Below are positions 1 to 9,451 of a DNA stretch of 64,000 nucleotides, piece after piece; within the stretch, counting starts at the first letter, position 1, and each line of letters opens with the position of its first letter. The notes under the pieces are model-generated. The model ran no database searches. It saw only the letters and a list, made by a program, of their open reading frames with translations, and was not told the DNA's origin. This DNA comes from an uncultured Gemmatimonadales bacterium. GTDB lineage: Bacteria > Gemmatimonadota > Gemmatimonadetes > Palauibacterales > Palauibacteraceae. Where the stretch lies: positions 128,001 to 192,000 of the forward strand of contig CAWANJ010000007.1 of NCBI GenBank assembly GCA_963783385.1, written 5' to 3'. The translations under genes and the position numbers were made by a program.

Positions 1-281
1 GTCTCGGAAGAGAGGACCGTAGCGCGCAGCCCCGGCGTTCCCCCGGTCTGATCCGCGAGGGGGGCGAGGCCCGGCGAAGTGTCGAGCCGGCCGGTCTGGT
101 CCCCCACCACGGTGTTGTTCTCGCTGTCCATGGTCGTGGCCAGCGCCCCCGACTCGTCGGCCGAGAGGCTACCGCGGGCCGGGCCCGTGCCGCTTCCGCT
201 GCACGCCCCGGCCACGAGGGCCATGCCCAGGACTGCGACGCCCAGGAGGTCCGCGCGTCGGGTCGACGACAGTGCACTCAT
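1..281 (-). CDS. Putative lipoprotein, 5' part only (runs off the window edge)
   Basis: Manual translation MSALSSTRRADLLGVAVLGMALVAGAC-SGSG shows a lipobox-like signal peptide; AAGGAGG RBS upstream; open to position 1. Confidence 0.6.
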   Translation of the reverse strand, partial: MSALSSTRRADLLGVAVLGMALVAGACSGSGTGPARGSLSADESGALATTMDSENNTVVGDQTGRLDTSPGLAPLADQTGGTPGLRATVLSSE

Positions 282-567
282 GGCTCTTCCTCCTTGTCCT
301 CGTGATCAGGATGGCGAAACGTGGGGGCCGGCTGAACGCACACTTCGGGCGCCCCGGCTGGCCCCGCTCCGGGAGTGGGTACCGCCGACGGGCGCCGGGC
401 GTTGGTATGGCCCGGGCATTCCGTGTGTAGGGAGACGGGCGAGGGGGACGGCCGGTCACGCCGCGAGGCGGAGCGCGCGGCGCCCGGGAGCGCGGGCACG
501 GCAGGATCGGACGAGGAACGGAGACGCGGTGGGAGAAGGCGAGGAGAGGAGCCGGGGTCCGCTGGAG

Positions 568-1992
568 ATGGACCCCGAGACCATGCGGCGCCTGGGTCAC
601 GCGGTCGTCGACCGGGTGGTGGACCGCTGGGCCGGCCTGGCCGGGAGCCGGGCGGGTCGGACGGCGACGCGCCGGGAGATGGAGGAGCGCCTCCGGGAGC
701 CGCTCCCGAAGTCGGGCGAGCCGATCGAGCCCCTGCTCGAGCGGTTCTGGTCGGACATCGAGCCCTATTCGATGCGGGCCGATCACCCCGGCTTCTTCGC
801 CTTCATCCCGAGCTCGCCGACCTTCGCCAGCCTGCTGGGGGACTGGCTGGCCTCGGGGTGCAACCTCTTCCAGGGCACGTGGCTGGAGTCGGCCGGGCCG
901 AGCGAGGTGGAGCTCGTCGTGCTCGACTGGCTGAAGGAGTGCGTCGGTCTGCCGGCCGAGGCCGAGGGGCTCCTGACCAGCGGCGGGTCGGCCGCCAACC
1001 TCGTGGGCCTCGCGGCCGCCCGTCAGGCGCTGCTGGGCGGAAGGCCGGAGGGGATCGCCTACCTGTCCGATCAGGCGCATACCGCCGTCGACCGCGCCCT
1101 CCGCATCCTGGGCTTCCCGGAGGAGTGCATCCGCCGGCTGCCGGTCGGCGAAGACTTCCGGCTGCGGCCCGACGCCGTGCACGCCGCGATGCGCGAGGAC
1201 CGCGGGCGGGGCCGGCGCCCGTTCTGCGTGGTGGCCACGGCGGGGACGACCAACACCGGGGCGGTGGACCCCCTTCCCGAGCTGGCCGACCTGTGCGCCC
1301 GGGAAGACCTGTGGCTGCACGTGGACGGGGCGTACGGGGCGTTCGCGCGCGTGACGGTGCGGGGGCGCCGCAGCCTGGAGGGGCTGGAACGGGCGGACTC
1401 GCTCGTCCTCGACCCCCACAAGTGGATGTACGTCGGCTTCGAGGCGGGCTGCCTGCTGGTGCGGAGGCCGGGGGTCCTGCTGGAGACCTTCCGGGTCCTG
1501 CCCGACTACCTGCAGGACGCCGCCGTGCGGCGGGGCGAGGTCAACTTCGCCGACCTCGGGCTGCAGCTCACCCGCAGCGCCCGCGCGATCAAGCTGTGGC
1601 TGCACATGAAGCACCACGGGCTCGCCGGCCTCATCGCGGCCGTGGACCGCACCCAGCACCTGGCCGAGCTGGCCGGGCGCCGGGTGGCGTCCGAGCCCGC
1701 CCTCGAGCTGACCTCCGCCCCGTCGCTCGGCATCCTCACCTTTCGCTGGGTGGGCGAGCCCGGGCTGAAAGGAAGACCGGCGCCGGATGGGGCCGAAGCG
1801 GACGCCAGGAACCGGGCCATCGTCGAGCGCCTGATGGAGGAAGGGCGCTTCATGGTCTCCTCCACCCGGCTGCGGGGCCGCTACGTCCTCCGCCTGTGCC
1901 CGCTGGGCTACCGTACGACCGCGTCCGACATCGACGCGCTCCTCGACGACGTCCTCCGCCTTGGCGCGGAGGAGGGCGGCGATGAGACCTGA
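568..1992 (+). CDS. PLP-dependent group II (aromatic-L-amino-acid/glutamate-type) decarboxylase
   Basis: TSGGSAAN, ATAGTTNTGAVD, WLHVDGAYG and DPHKW (PLP lysine) motifs; start taken at ATG 568 within ORF 79..1992. Confidence 0.9.
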   Translation: MDPETMRRLGHAVVDRVVDRWAGLAGSRAGRTATRREMEERLREPLPKSGEPIEPLLERFWSDIEPYSMRADHPGFFAFIPSSPTFASLLGDWLASGCNLFQGTWLESAGPSEVELVVLDWLKECVGLPAEAEGLLTSGGSAANLVGLAAARQALLGGRPEGIAYLSDQAHTAVDRALRILGFPEECIRRLPVGEDFRLRPDAVHAAMREDRGRGRRPFCVVATAGTTNTGAVDPLPELADLCAREDLWLHVDGAYGAFARVTVRGRRSLEGLERADSLVLDPHKWMYVGFEAGCLLVRRPGVLLETFRVLPDYLQDAAVRRGEVNFADLGLQLTRSARAIKLWLHMKHHGLAGLIAAVDRTQHLAELAGRRVASEPALELTSAPSLGILTFRWVGEPGLKGRPAPDGAEADARNRAIVERLMEEGRFMVSSTRLRGRYVLRLCPLGYRTTASDIDALLDDVLRLGAEEGGDET

Positions 1993-4519
1993 CTCGACCC
2001 CAACCGAGACCGCCATGGACCGACGCGCCGCACGCCGAGCCCTCCGTCCCTCGCGCACCGTCTCCACGGTGTGGTGGCGGGCGGCCTTCGCGGGTCTCCT
2101 CGCGGCGGCCGCGGGCATCCCCGCGGCGGCGACCGCCCAGCAGAAGGAGCCCGCCGCGAAGGCGGCCGCCGACACGGCCCGGGCCGACACCACGCCCGGG
2201 AAGAAGAAGGGAGAGCCGAAGATCCGGCCCTACCGGGAGGTGGTGCCGGCCAGCGCGATCCACCGCCGGGGCGTGTTCGCCACCGACCGGGTCGGTGACA
2301 CGCTCTACTACGAGATCCCCAGGGACCAGCTCGGCGAGCCGTTCCTGCTCGTATCGCGGATCGCGAAGGCGCAGACGGGGACCGGCTACGGCGGCCAGAA
2401 GCTCGGGACCCGGGTGATCCGCTGGACGCGGCAGGGAGACCGGATCCTCCTGCGCGGCGTCTCCTACGAGGTGGTGGCGGACAGCACGCAGCCCATCTAC
2501 CGGGCCGTGCGGGACGCCACCCTGCAGCCGGTGATCAAGGCGTTCGACATCGAGGCGTTCGCGCCGGACAGCGCGCCCGTCATCGACGTCACCAGCCTGT
2601 TCACGACGGACGTGCCCGAGCTCTCTCCCCGGCGCATCCTGGGGGCCAGCTCCCTGGACGGGAGCCGCAGCTTCCTGGAGAAGGTCCTCACCTTCCCGAA
2701 GAACATCGAGGTCGAGGCCCTCCTGACCTACAGCGCCGACTCGGTGCGCACCTTCGCCCTCCCCGAGGGCTTCGGAGGGGGCGGGCGCATGAGCACCGTC
2801 TCGGTCGTCGTGCACCACAGTATGATCCGCCTTCCCGACCGGCCCATGCGGCCGCGCCTCGCGGACGACCGCGTGGGCTACTTCGAGGTGCGCCAGTACG
2901 ACTACGGCCTCCACGAGGACAGGGCGCCCGTGCGGCGCATGATCACCCGCTGGGACCTCCGCAAGAAGGACCCGAGCGCGGCGCTCAGCGAGCCCGTGCA
3001 CCCGATCGTGTATTACGTGGACCGCGCCACGCCCGTGAAGTGGCGGCCGTGGATCATGAAGGCGGTCGACGCCTGGCGGGTGGCGTTCCGGGCCGCCGGC
3101 TTCGAGCACGCGATCACGGCGAAGATGGAGCCGACCGAGAAGGAGGATCCCGATTTCAGCCCCGAGGACGCGCGCTACTCGGTGATCCGGTGGCTACCCT
3201 CGCCGATCGAGAACGCCATGGGCCCCAACGTCCACGACCCGCGCTCGGGCCAGATCCTGGAGAGCGACATCCAGGTGTACCACAACGTCCTCAAGCTCGC
3301 GCGGGACTGGTACTTCGTGCAGGCATCACCGAACGATCCCGGGGCGCGTCACCTGCCCCTGCCGGACTCGCTCATGGGACGGCTGATCGAGTACGTGGTG
3401 ACCCACGAGGTGGGTCATACCCTGGGGCTCGCCCACAACATGGTGGCGAGCTCCTCCTACCCGGTGGACTCGCTCCGCAGCCCGACCTTCACGGCGAAGT
3501 ACGGGGACGAGGCCTCCATCATGGATTATGGGCGCTTCAACTACGTGGCCCAGCCGGGCGACGGCGCCCACCTGATCCCCATCATCGGGCCGTACGACAG
3601 GTTCGCCATCATGTGGGGGTACCGGCCGATCCCGAGAGCGGCGACGCCCGAGGCCGAGAAGGACACCCTGGACGCGTGGGCGCGGCGCCAGGACGGAGAT
3701 CCCATGCTGCGCTTCGGGGCCCGGGACGGGGCCGACCCTCGCGCGCAGACCGAGGACCTGGGCGACGATCCCGTGGCGGCCACGCGCCTGGGCCTGGCCA
3801 ACCTGCAGCGCGTGGCGAGGATCCTCCTCACGGGCACCGAGAACCCGGGCGAGAGCTACGACGACCTGAAGGACATGTACGGCCAGCTCGTGCGCCAGTG
3901 GGAGACGGAGCTGCAGCACGTGGTGGCGGTCGTCGGAGGCGTGTACGGGCAGCGCAAGCACTACGGCCAGGAGGGAGTCCTGCACACGCCCGTCCCCGCC
4001 TCCCGCCAGGAGGCGGCGGTCGCCTTCCTGCTCGGCCGCGCCTTCCAGCGTCCCGATTTCCTCCTCGATCCCGACGTGCTGCGCCGCTTCGAGGCCTCGG
4101 GCTCGGTGGACCGGATCGAGGAGGTGCAGTCGGAGCTCCTGGACGACCTTCTCGAGGACGATCGCATCGGCCGGCTGGCCGAGGCCGCCGCCCTGTCCGG
4201 GGAAGGCGGGGCCGCCTTCGCGCCGGGCGATTACCTGGACCAGCTCCGGGCCGGTCTGTTCTCGGAGCTGGGGGAGGGCGACGTGCGGATCGGGCCCTTC
4301 CGGCGCGGCCTTCAGCGCCGCTGGGTGGAGGGCCTGGCCCGGAAGCTGAAGGCGGACAGCGACCTTGCCGCGCTGGCGCGGGGCGAGCTCGAGGCCACGG
4401 CGGATCGGATCGACGCGCGGATCGACCGGGCCGCCGACCGGATCACGCGGCTCCACCTGGAGGACCTGCGGGAGCGGATCCGCCGCGCCCTCCACCCCGC
4501 GAGCGGCGAGGGCGGCTGA
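1982..4519 (+). CDS. Secreted zinc-dependent metalloprotease (metzincin, EcxA/DUF4953-like)
   Basis: Signal peptide, HEVGHTLGLAHN zinc motif, SIMDY Met-turn, DDRVGYF; start could also be the next ATG (MDRR). Confidence 0.85.
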   Translation: MRPDSTPTETAMDRRAARRALRPSRTVSTVWWRAAFAGLLAAAAGIPAAATAQQKEPAAKAAADTARADTTPGKKKGEPKIRPYREVVPASAIHRRGVFATDRVGDTLYYEIPRDQLGEPFLLVSRIAKAQTGTGYGGQKLGTRVIRWTRQGDRILLRGVSYEVVADSTQPIYRAVRDATLQPVIKAFDIEAFAPDSAPVIDVTSLFTTDVPELSPRRILGASSLDGSRSFLEKVLTFPKNIEVEALLTYSADSVRTFALPEGFGGGGRMSTVSVVVHHSMIRLPDRPMRPRLADDRVGYFEVRQYDYGLHEDRAPVRRMITRWDLRKKDPSAALSEPVHPIVYYVDRATPVKWRPWIMKAVDAWRVAFRAAGFEHAITAKMEPTEKEDPDFSPEDARYSVIRWLPSPIENAMGPNVHDPRSGQILESDIQVYHNVLKLARDWYFVQASPNDPGARHLPLPDSLMGRLIEYVVTHEVGHTLGLAHNMVASSSYPVDSLRSPTFTAKYGDEASIMDYGRFNYVAQPGDGAHLIPIIGPYDRFAIMWGYRPIPRAATPEAEKDTLDAWARRQDGDPMLRFGARDGADPRAQTEDLGDDPVAATRLGLANLQRVARILLTGTENPGESYDDLKDMYGQLVRQWETELQHVVAVVGGVYGQRKHYGQEGVLHTPVPASRQEAAVAFLLGRAFQRPDFLLDPDVLRRFEASGSVDRIEEVQSELLDDLLEDDRIGRLAEAAALSGEGGAAFAPGDYLDQLRAGLFSELGEGDVRIGPFRRGLQRRWVEGLARKLKADSDLAALARGELEATADRIDARIDRAADRITRLHLEDLRERIRRALHPASGEGG

Positions 4520-4555
4520 GCGGCGGGACGGGCCCGATGGCCGAGCGGCCGGATC

Positions 4556-7180
4556 TCAGAGCTCGAGCTCGGCCTGCTCCTCACCGGAGGTGGCGTCCCC
4601 GGCCGCTTCCCCGGAGGCCCCGGAGTCGCCATCCGCGTTCTCCGGAGCGACTTCGGCTGCCGGCCGCGGGGCGCCGTCCCCGGCTTCCGGGGCGGCCTCT
4701 TCGCCTCCGGGTCCTGCGGAGCCCCTCGGATCCGACCGCAGCGGGTGCACGTGCGCGACGTCGTCCCCCTCGAGCCTCCCGAGCACCCGCAGACAGGCGT
4801 CGCCCCGGGCGCGCACCCGGAGCTCGGAGGCATCGGTGGTGACCAGGTCGCCGGAGCGGAGCTCCCACACGACCCGGTCACCGGGCTGGATCTCGAGCAG
4901 GCCCACCAGGTCACCGGCGCTGTCCCGGTCGGGGAGGATGGTGGCGCCCTTCCCGGCGCGGCCCTGAAGCCGGAGTTCGGTGAACGGGACTCGCTTGCCG
5001 AAGCCCCGCGAGCCCGCCACGAACAGCTCGGAGTCCCGCCGCGGCGCCATGGCGGCCACCACCCTGTCCTCCGCCTCGAGGTCGATGCCCTTCACCCCCT
5101 GGGCGGTGCGGCCCATGGGACGGACCTCGCCCTCCTCGAACCGGATCGCCATGCCGGCCCGGGTGCCGAGGACGAGCTCTCCCCCGCCTTCCGTGACCAG
5201 GGCGGTCAGGACGCGGTCGCCGTCGCCGAGGCCCGCGGCGATGATGCCGCCCGTGCGCACGTTGGAGTACTCGTCCAGCGACGTGCGCTTGACCTGCCCG
5301 CCCTCGGTGACCGTGACCAGGAAGTGGTCGGCGTCGAAGGCGGTCACCGGGAGGAGCGCCACCACCTCGTCTCCCTCCTCCAGGGCCAGGTAGCTCGCCA
5401 GGGGCTTGCCGCGCGAGCTGCGCGTGCCGCGCGGCAAGTCGCCGAGGGGCAGGGCGTGGGCGCTCCCCCGTCGAGTCACGGCCAGAAGGGAGTCGCTGCC
5501 CTGGCACAGCACGGCCTGGCTCACGAAGTCGGCCTCGCGCTCGGCGAGGGCTTCCGCCCCGGCCAGTCCCGCGCCGCCCCGCACCGGCTGGGCCTTCAGG
5601 TAGCCGCGCCGGCTGAGGAGGACGAGCGTGGCTCCCCCCGCGTTCCCCGAGGGCAGGGGGAAGGCATCGTGCCCGTCCAGGATCTCCGTGCGCCGCGCGT
5701 CCCCGTAGCGCTCCGACAGCTCCTCCAGCTCCAGGCACAGCGCGTCGCGTCGAGCCGCCTCGTCCTCGACCAGGAGCTCGAGCTCCTCGATCGAGGCCCG
5801 CAGGGAGGCGAGCTCCTCGGACAGCTTGCGGCGCTCCAGGCCCGTGAGGCTGGCCAGGCGCATGGCCAGGATGGCCCCGGCCTGCCGCTCGGAGAGCCCC
5901 ATCTCGCGCTGCAGCGCCTCCGAGGCCGCGGGGGGATCGGCCGCGGCGCGGATGATCTCCAGCACGCGGTCGATGTCGTCGAGGGCGATGAGCAGTCCCT
6001 CGACGACGTGGGCGCGGTCCCGGGCTTCCCGCAGGTCGTGGGCGGCGCGGCGGGCGATGACCTCGAGGCGGTGGTCGACGAAGCAGCGCAGCGCCTCCAC
6101 GAGGTCCAGCTCCTCGGGCCGCCCATCGACCAGGGCCAGGTTGATGATGCCGAAGGTGTATCGGAGCTGGGTCTTCTTGAACAGGACCGGCAGGAGCTTT
6201 CGCGGCTCGGAGTCGCGCTTGAGCTCGATCACCAGCCGGATGCCGTCCCGGTCGGACTCGTCGCGCAGGTCGGTGATCGCGTCCATGCGTCCGCGGCGGA
6301 CCTGGCGGGTGATCTGCTCGATGACCCGCGACTTGTTGACCTGGTACGGGAGCTCGGTCACCACGATGGCGCTCTTCCCGTAGCCCAGCTCTTCCACGTG
6401 CATGCGGGCGCGCATCTCGACCAGGCCGCGGCCCGTCCGGTAGGCCTCCTCGATGCCGTCCCGACCCCAGATGTAGCCCCCCGTCGGGAAGTCCGGGCCC
6501 GGGATGTACGCCACCAGGTCGTCGACCGTGCACTCCGGGTCGCGGACCAGGTGCACGGTGGCCGCCAGGAGCTCGGTCAGGTTGTGGGGCGGGATCTTGG
6601 TGGCCATGCCGACCGCGATCCCGTCCGTGCCGTTCAGGAGGAGCTGCGGGAGCCGGGTGGGAAGGACGGTCGGCTCCTCGAGCCGGTTGTCGAAGTTGCC
6701 CGTGAAGTCGACCGTGTCCTGGCCCAGGTCCTGGAGCATCTCCGTGGAGATCGAGGCCAGCCGGGCCTCCGTGTACCGGTAGGCGGCCGCGCTGTCGCCA
6801 TCGATGGATCCGAAGTTGCCCTGACCATCCACGAGCGGATAGCGCATGGAGAAGTCCTGCGCCATGCGCACCAGCGTGTCGTAGACGGCGCTGTCCCCGT
6901 GCGGGTGGTACTTGCCGAGCACGTCGCCCACGACGGTCGCGCTCTTCTTGTAGGGACGTCCCGGGAGGAGGCCCTGTTCCCACATGGCGTAGAGGATCCG
7001 GCGGTGCACGGGCTTGAGTCCGTCCCGGGCGTCGGGCAGGGCGCGCTGGACGATCACGCTCATCGAGTAGTCGATGAACGAGTCCCGCATCTCCTGCTCG
7101 AGGAAGCGGGGTATGATCCTCTCGTGCCGGGTCGATGCTCCTACCACGTGTCGTCCCTCGGGCTGGGGGCTTCGGTTCAT
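4556..7180 (-). CDS. gyrA: Type IIA topoisomerase subunit A (GyrA/ParC family)
   Basis: [26 protein letters not shown], catalytic AAYRYTE and C-terminal pinwheel repeats; GyrA-box is degenerate, so it may be a ParC-like paralogue. Confidence 0.85.
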   Translation of the reverse strand: MNRSPQPEGRHVVGASTRHERIIPRFLEQEMRDSFIDYSMSVIVQRALPDARDGLKPVHRRILYAMWEQGLLPGRPYKKSATVVGDVLGKYHPHGDSAVYDTLVRMAQDFSMRYPLVDGQGNFGSIDGDSAAAYRYTEARLASISTEMLQDLGQDTVDFTGNFDNRLEEPTVLPTRLPQLLLNGTDGIAVGMATKIPPHNLTELLAATVHLVRDPECTVDDLVAYIPGPDFPTGGYIWGRDGIEEAYRTGRGLVEMRARMHVEELGYGKSAIVVTELPYQVNKSRVIEQITRQVRRGRMDAITDLRDESDRDGIRLVIELKRDSEPRKLLPVLFKKTQLRYTFGIINLALVDGRPEELDLVEALRCFVDHRLEVIARRAAHDLREARDRAHVVEGLLIALDDIDRVLEIIRAAADPPAASEALQREMGLSERQAGAILAMRLASLTGLERRKLSEELASLRASIEELELLVEDEAARRDALCLELEELSERYGDARRTEILDGHDAFPLPSGNAGGATLVLLSRRGYLKAQPVRGGAGLAGAEALAEREADFVSQAVLCQGSDSLLAVTRRGSAHALPLGDLPRGTRSSRGKPLASYLALEEGDEVVALLPVTAFDADHFLVTVTEGGQVKRTSLDEYSNVRTGGIIAAGLGDGDRVLTALVTEGGGELVLGTRAGMAIRFEEGEVRPMGRTAQGVKGIDLEAEDRVVAAMAPRRDSELFVAGSRGFGKRVPFTELRLQGRAGKGATILPDRDSAGDLVGLLEIQPGDRVVWELRSGDLVTTDASELRVRARGDACLRVLGRLEGDDVAHVHPLRSDPRGSAGPGGEEAAPEAGDGAPRPAAEVAPENADGDSGASGEAAGDATSGEEQAELEL

Positions 7181-7392
7181 GTTCGGTCAACGTGTGGCGC
7201 GAGCCGCCGCGGGACAAGGGAGACGTCCTCCCCCCCGCGTTCGCCGGGCTGTTCGTGGCCCACGGGGCCGCCACGCTCGTCGGCGCGGAGGAGCAACGGT
7301 TCTGTTCATCCGCGGCGACATAGACTATATTAGTGGGCTGAAAGAAATATCGTCCTTCGTTTCCCGCGTGCCGATCCCGGCCGCTCCGAGGG

Positions 7393-8373
7393 GTGACGTG
7401 GGCTCCCGCGGAGCCGAGTCAGAAGTGCATTCTGGGAGTATCTTTCGTGAGGAACGGTTTCTCTTCCGAACAGAAGCGGCTGGCGGTGCTTGGCGTCAAG
7501 CCCGGTCGTAGGTCCAATCTCGGATTCGCTATCGCGTGCTTCCTGGTTCCGACCCTCGTGCTGGTCGCCGCCCTGGGCTTGAGGGCCCGGTATGGCCTGG
7601 CGCTGCCCGCCACCTCGACGCCGCTGGTGGTCATTCACGCCCGCGACTTCACGTTCGATCTCCCGGACACCCTCCCCGCGGGCTCCGTTCGCCTCCGCCT
7701 GGTGAACGAGGGGGCGACGCCCCACCACGCGGTCCTCACGCGACTCGAGGAGGGCCGGGCAGCCGGAGACTACCTGTCCGGGGTCGCCGCCTTCCTGCGG
7801 GGCGGCGAATTCCCGGGCTGGGCCGATGACCCGGGCGGACCAGGGCTGGTCATGCCGGGAGACAGCGCGGAGGTGACCGTGACACTCGCACCCGGCCACT
7901 ACCTGCTGGCGTGTTACGTGACGACGCCCACGGGGGCCACGCATCTCCAGAAGGGCATGGTGCGTGAGTTCGAGGTGGCGGCGATACCCGGTGCGCTCTC
8001 CGTCGCTCCGCCGACGGCCGATGTCACCATCGAACTCATGGACTACACCTTCCGGCTCTCGTCCCCGATCATGGCCGGAAATCACTGGATTCACGTCGTG
8101 AATCAGGGTCCCCAGGAGCACGAGGTCCAGTTCGTCCGGATCGAGCCCGGTCACACGCCCGAGGAAGCCACGGCGTGGATCGAGGGGGGGATGCAGGGAC
8201 CGGCGCCGTTCAGGCTCGAGGGCGGTCTCGCGGGGATCTCGCCGGGACGCGACGGCTACCTGCGCCAGGTCTTCGTGCCGGGCGACTACTTGCTGCTGTG
8301 CTTCGTCCCGGACCAGACCGATCGGAGGCCTCACGCGCTGCACGGTATGCTGTACGCCATCCACGTGACCTGA
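7393..8373 (+). CDS. Exported protein with two cupredoxin-like domains
   Basis: Hydrophobic N-terminal segment; two repeats each with an upstream His and C..H..GM (ACYV..THLQKGM; LCFVP..PHALHGM); true start probably downstream of 7393. Confidence 0.65.
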   Translation: MTWAPAEPSQKCILGVSFVRNGFSSEQKRLAVLGVKPGRRSNLGFAIACFLVPTLVLVAALGLRARYGLALPATSTPLVVIHARDFTFDLPDTLPAGSVRLRLVNEGATPHHAVLTRLEEGRAAGDYLSGVAAFLRGGEFPGWADDPGGPGLVMPGDSAEVTVTLAPGHYLLACYVTTPTGATHLQKGMVREFEVAAIPGALSVAPPTADVTIELMDYTFRLSSPIMAGNHWIHVVNQGPQEHEVQFVRIEPGHTPEEATAWIEGGMQGPAPFRLEGGLAGISPGRDGYLRQVFVPGDYLLLCFVPDQTDRRPHALHGMLYAIHVT

Positions 8374-8424
8374 GCGGCGGTCGGATGCAGGGCCGCTGCG
8401 GATCACCCGGACGCACGCGGCCGG

Positions 8425-9399
8425 TTGGCCCGATGGTGCCGACGCCCTAGGTTGGCGCCCCGCATGCACGCTCTCCGCCGCCCGTTCGCCCGGCGCACGT
8501 GGCCGATGCCGGCCCCCGCCTGGAGCCTCGCTTTCGTGTGGGGCCTGGTGTGGGCGCCTTCGCGGCCGAGCCTGGCCCCAACGCCGGTCGGCGATCCAGG
8601 TCGGCCCGCGCCGGTCGTCCGGATCGAGGTGGCCGACTCGTCCATCTCCATCCCGGACATCCTCCCGTCGGGGCTCGTCCGTCTACGGCTCGTCGACCAC
8701 GGCAGCCGGGCCCAGCGGATCGTCCTCACGCGGCTTCGGCCGCGTCAGTCGGCGGCGGCCTACCTGCGGGGCGCCCAGCGCTGGCTCGCGGGAGGCGACT
8801 TCGGCCTGTGGGGCGTCGACCCGGGGAGCCCGGGCATGGTCGCTCCCGGAGACAGCACGGAGGTGGTCGTCCAGCTCCATCCCGGCCACTACGTGATCGC
8901 CCACTGGTCCAGCCGCACGGACGGGTCCGTACGGATCCGGATGGCGACGAAGGCGACCTTCGAGGTCCTGGCGCCGCCGATCGGGGTCCCCCCGGCCGCC
9001 GCTCCCGAACCGGACCTCTCGGTCCGCATGACGGACGATGCCTACCGGGTCTCGGGCCCGATCACGCCCGGTCACCACGTTCTGAGGATCGCGAACTACG
9101 GCTTCCACGAGCACGACTTCGAGCTCGTCCGGCTCCTCGACGGGCACACGCCCGCCGAGGCGCGCAGCTGGCTCGGGGGAGGCATGCAGGGCCCGGCCCC
9201 GGTGGAGTTCGTGGGCGGCCTGGTGGCCGTGTCGCCCGGCCTCGCCGGCTACCTGGACGTGGCGCTGGAGCCCGGGCACTACCTGGCGGTGTGCCTGGTG
9301 CCGACCGGAGCGGACCGCAGGCCGCGCGTCGACCAGGGCATGCTCGCGTCCATCCGCGTGCCGCCCGCCGGGGACGCATCGGCCAACGAGCCTCGTTGA
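8425..9399 (+). CDS. Paralogue of the upstream two-domain cupredoxin-like protein, with degenerate copper ligands
   Basis: Collinear similarity (LPSGLVRLRLV, DPGSPGMVAPGDSTEV, GGMQGPAP); start uncertain. Confidence 0.65.
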   Translation: MARWCRRPRLAPRMHALRRPFARRTWPMPAPAWSLAFVWGLVWAPSRPSLAPTPVGDPGRPAPVVRIEVADSSISIPDILPSGLVRLRLVDHGSRAQRIVLTRLRPRQSAAAYLRGAQRWLAGGDFGLWGVDPGSPGMVAPGDSTEVVVQLHPGHYVIAHWSSRTDGSVRIRMATKATFEVLAPPIGVPPAAAPEPDLSVRMTDDAYRVSGPITPGHHVLRIANYGFHEHDFELVRLLDGHTPAEARSWLGGGMQGPAPVEFVGGLVAVSPGLAGYLDVALEPGHYLAVCLVPTGADRRPRVDQGMLASIRVPPAGDASANEPR

Positions 9400-9451
9400 G
9401 CGAGCTCGCCAGCGGGCGTAGCTTCGGGACGGCCCGTTCCCGTACCGCGAG

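Noticed and set aside
7170-7350. GTTC repeats upstream of the gyrA-like gene as an SOS box
   Set aside because: Spacing matches no LexA box that I know; too short to be significant.
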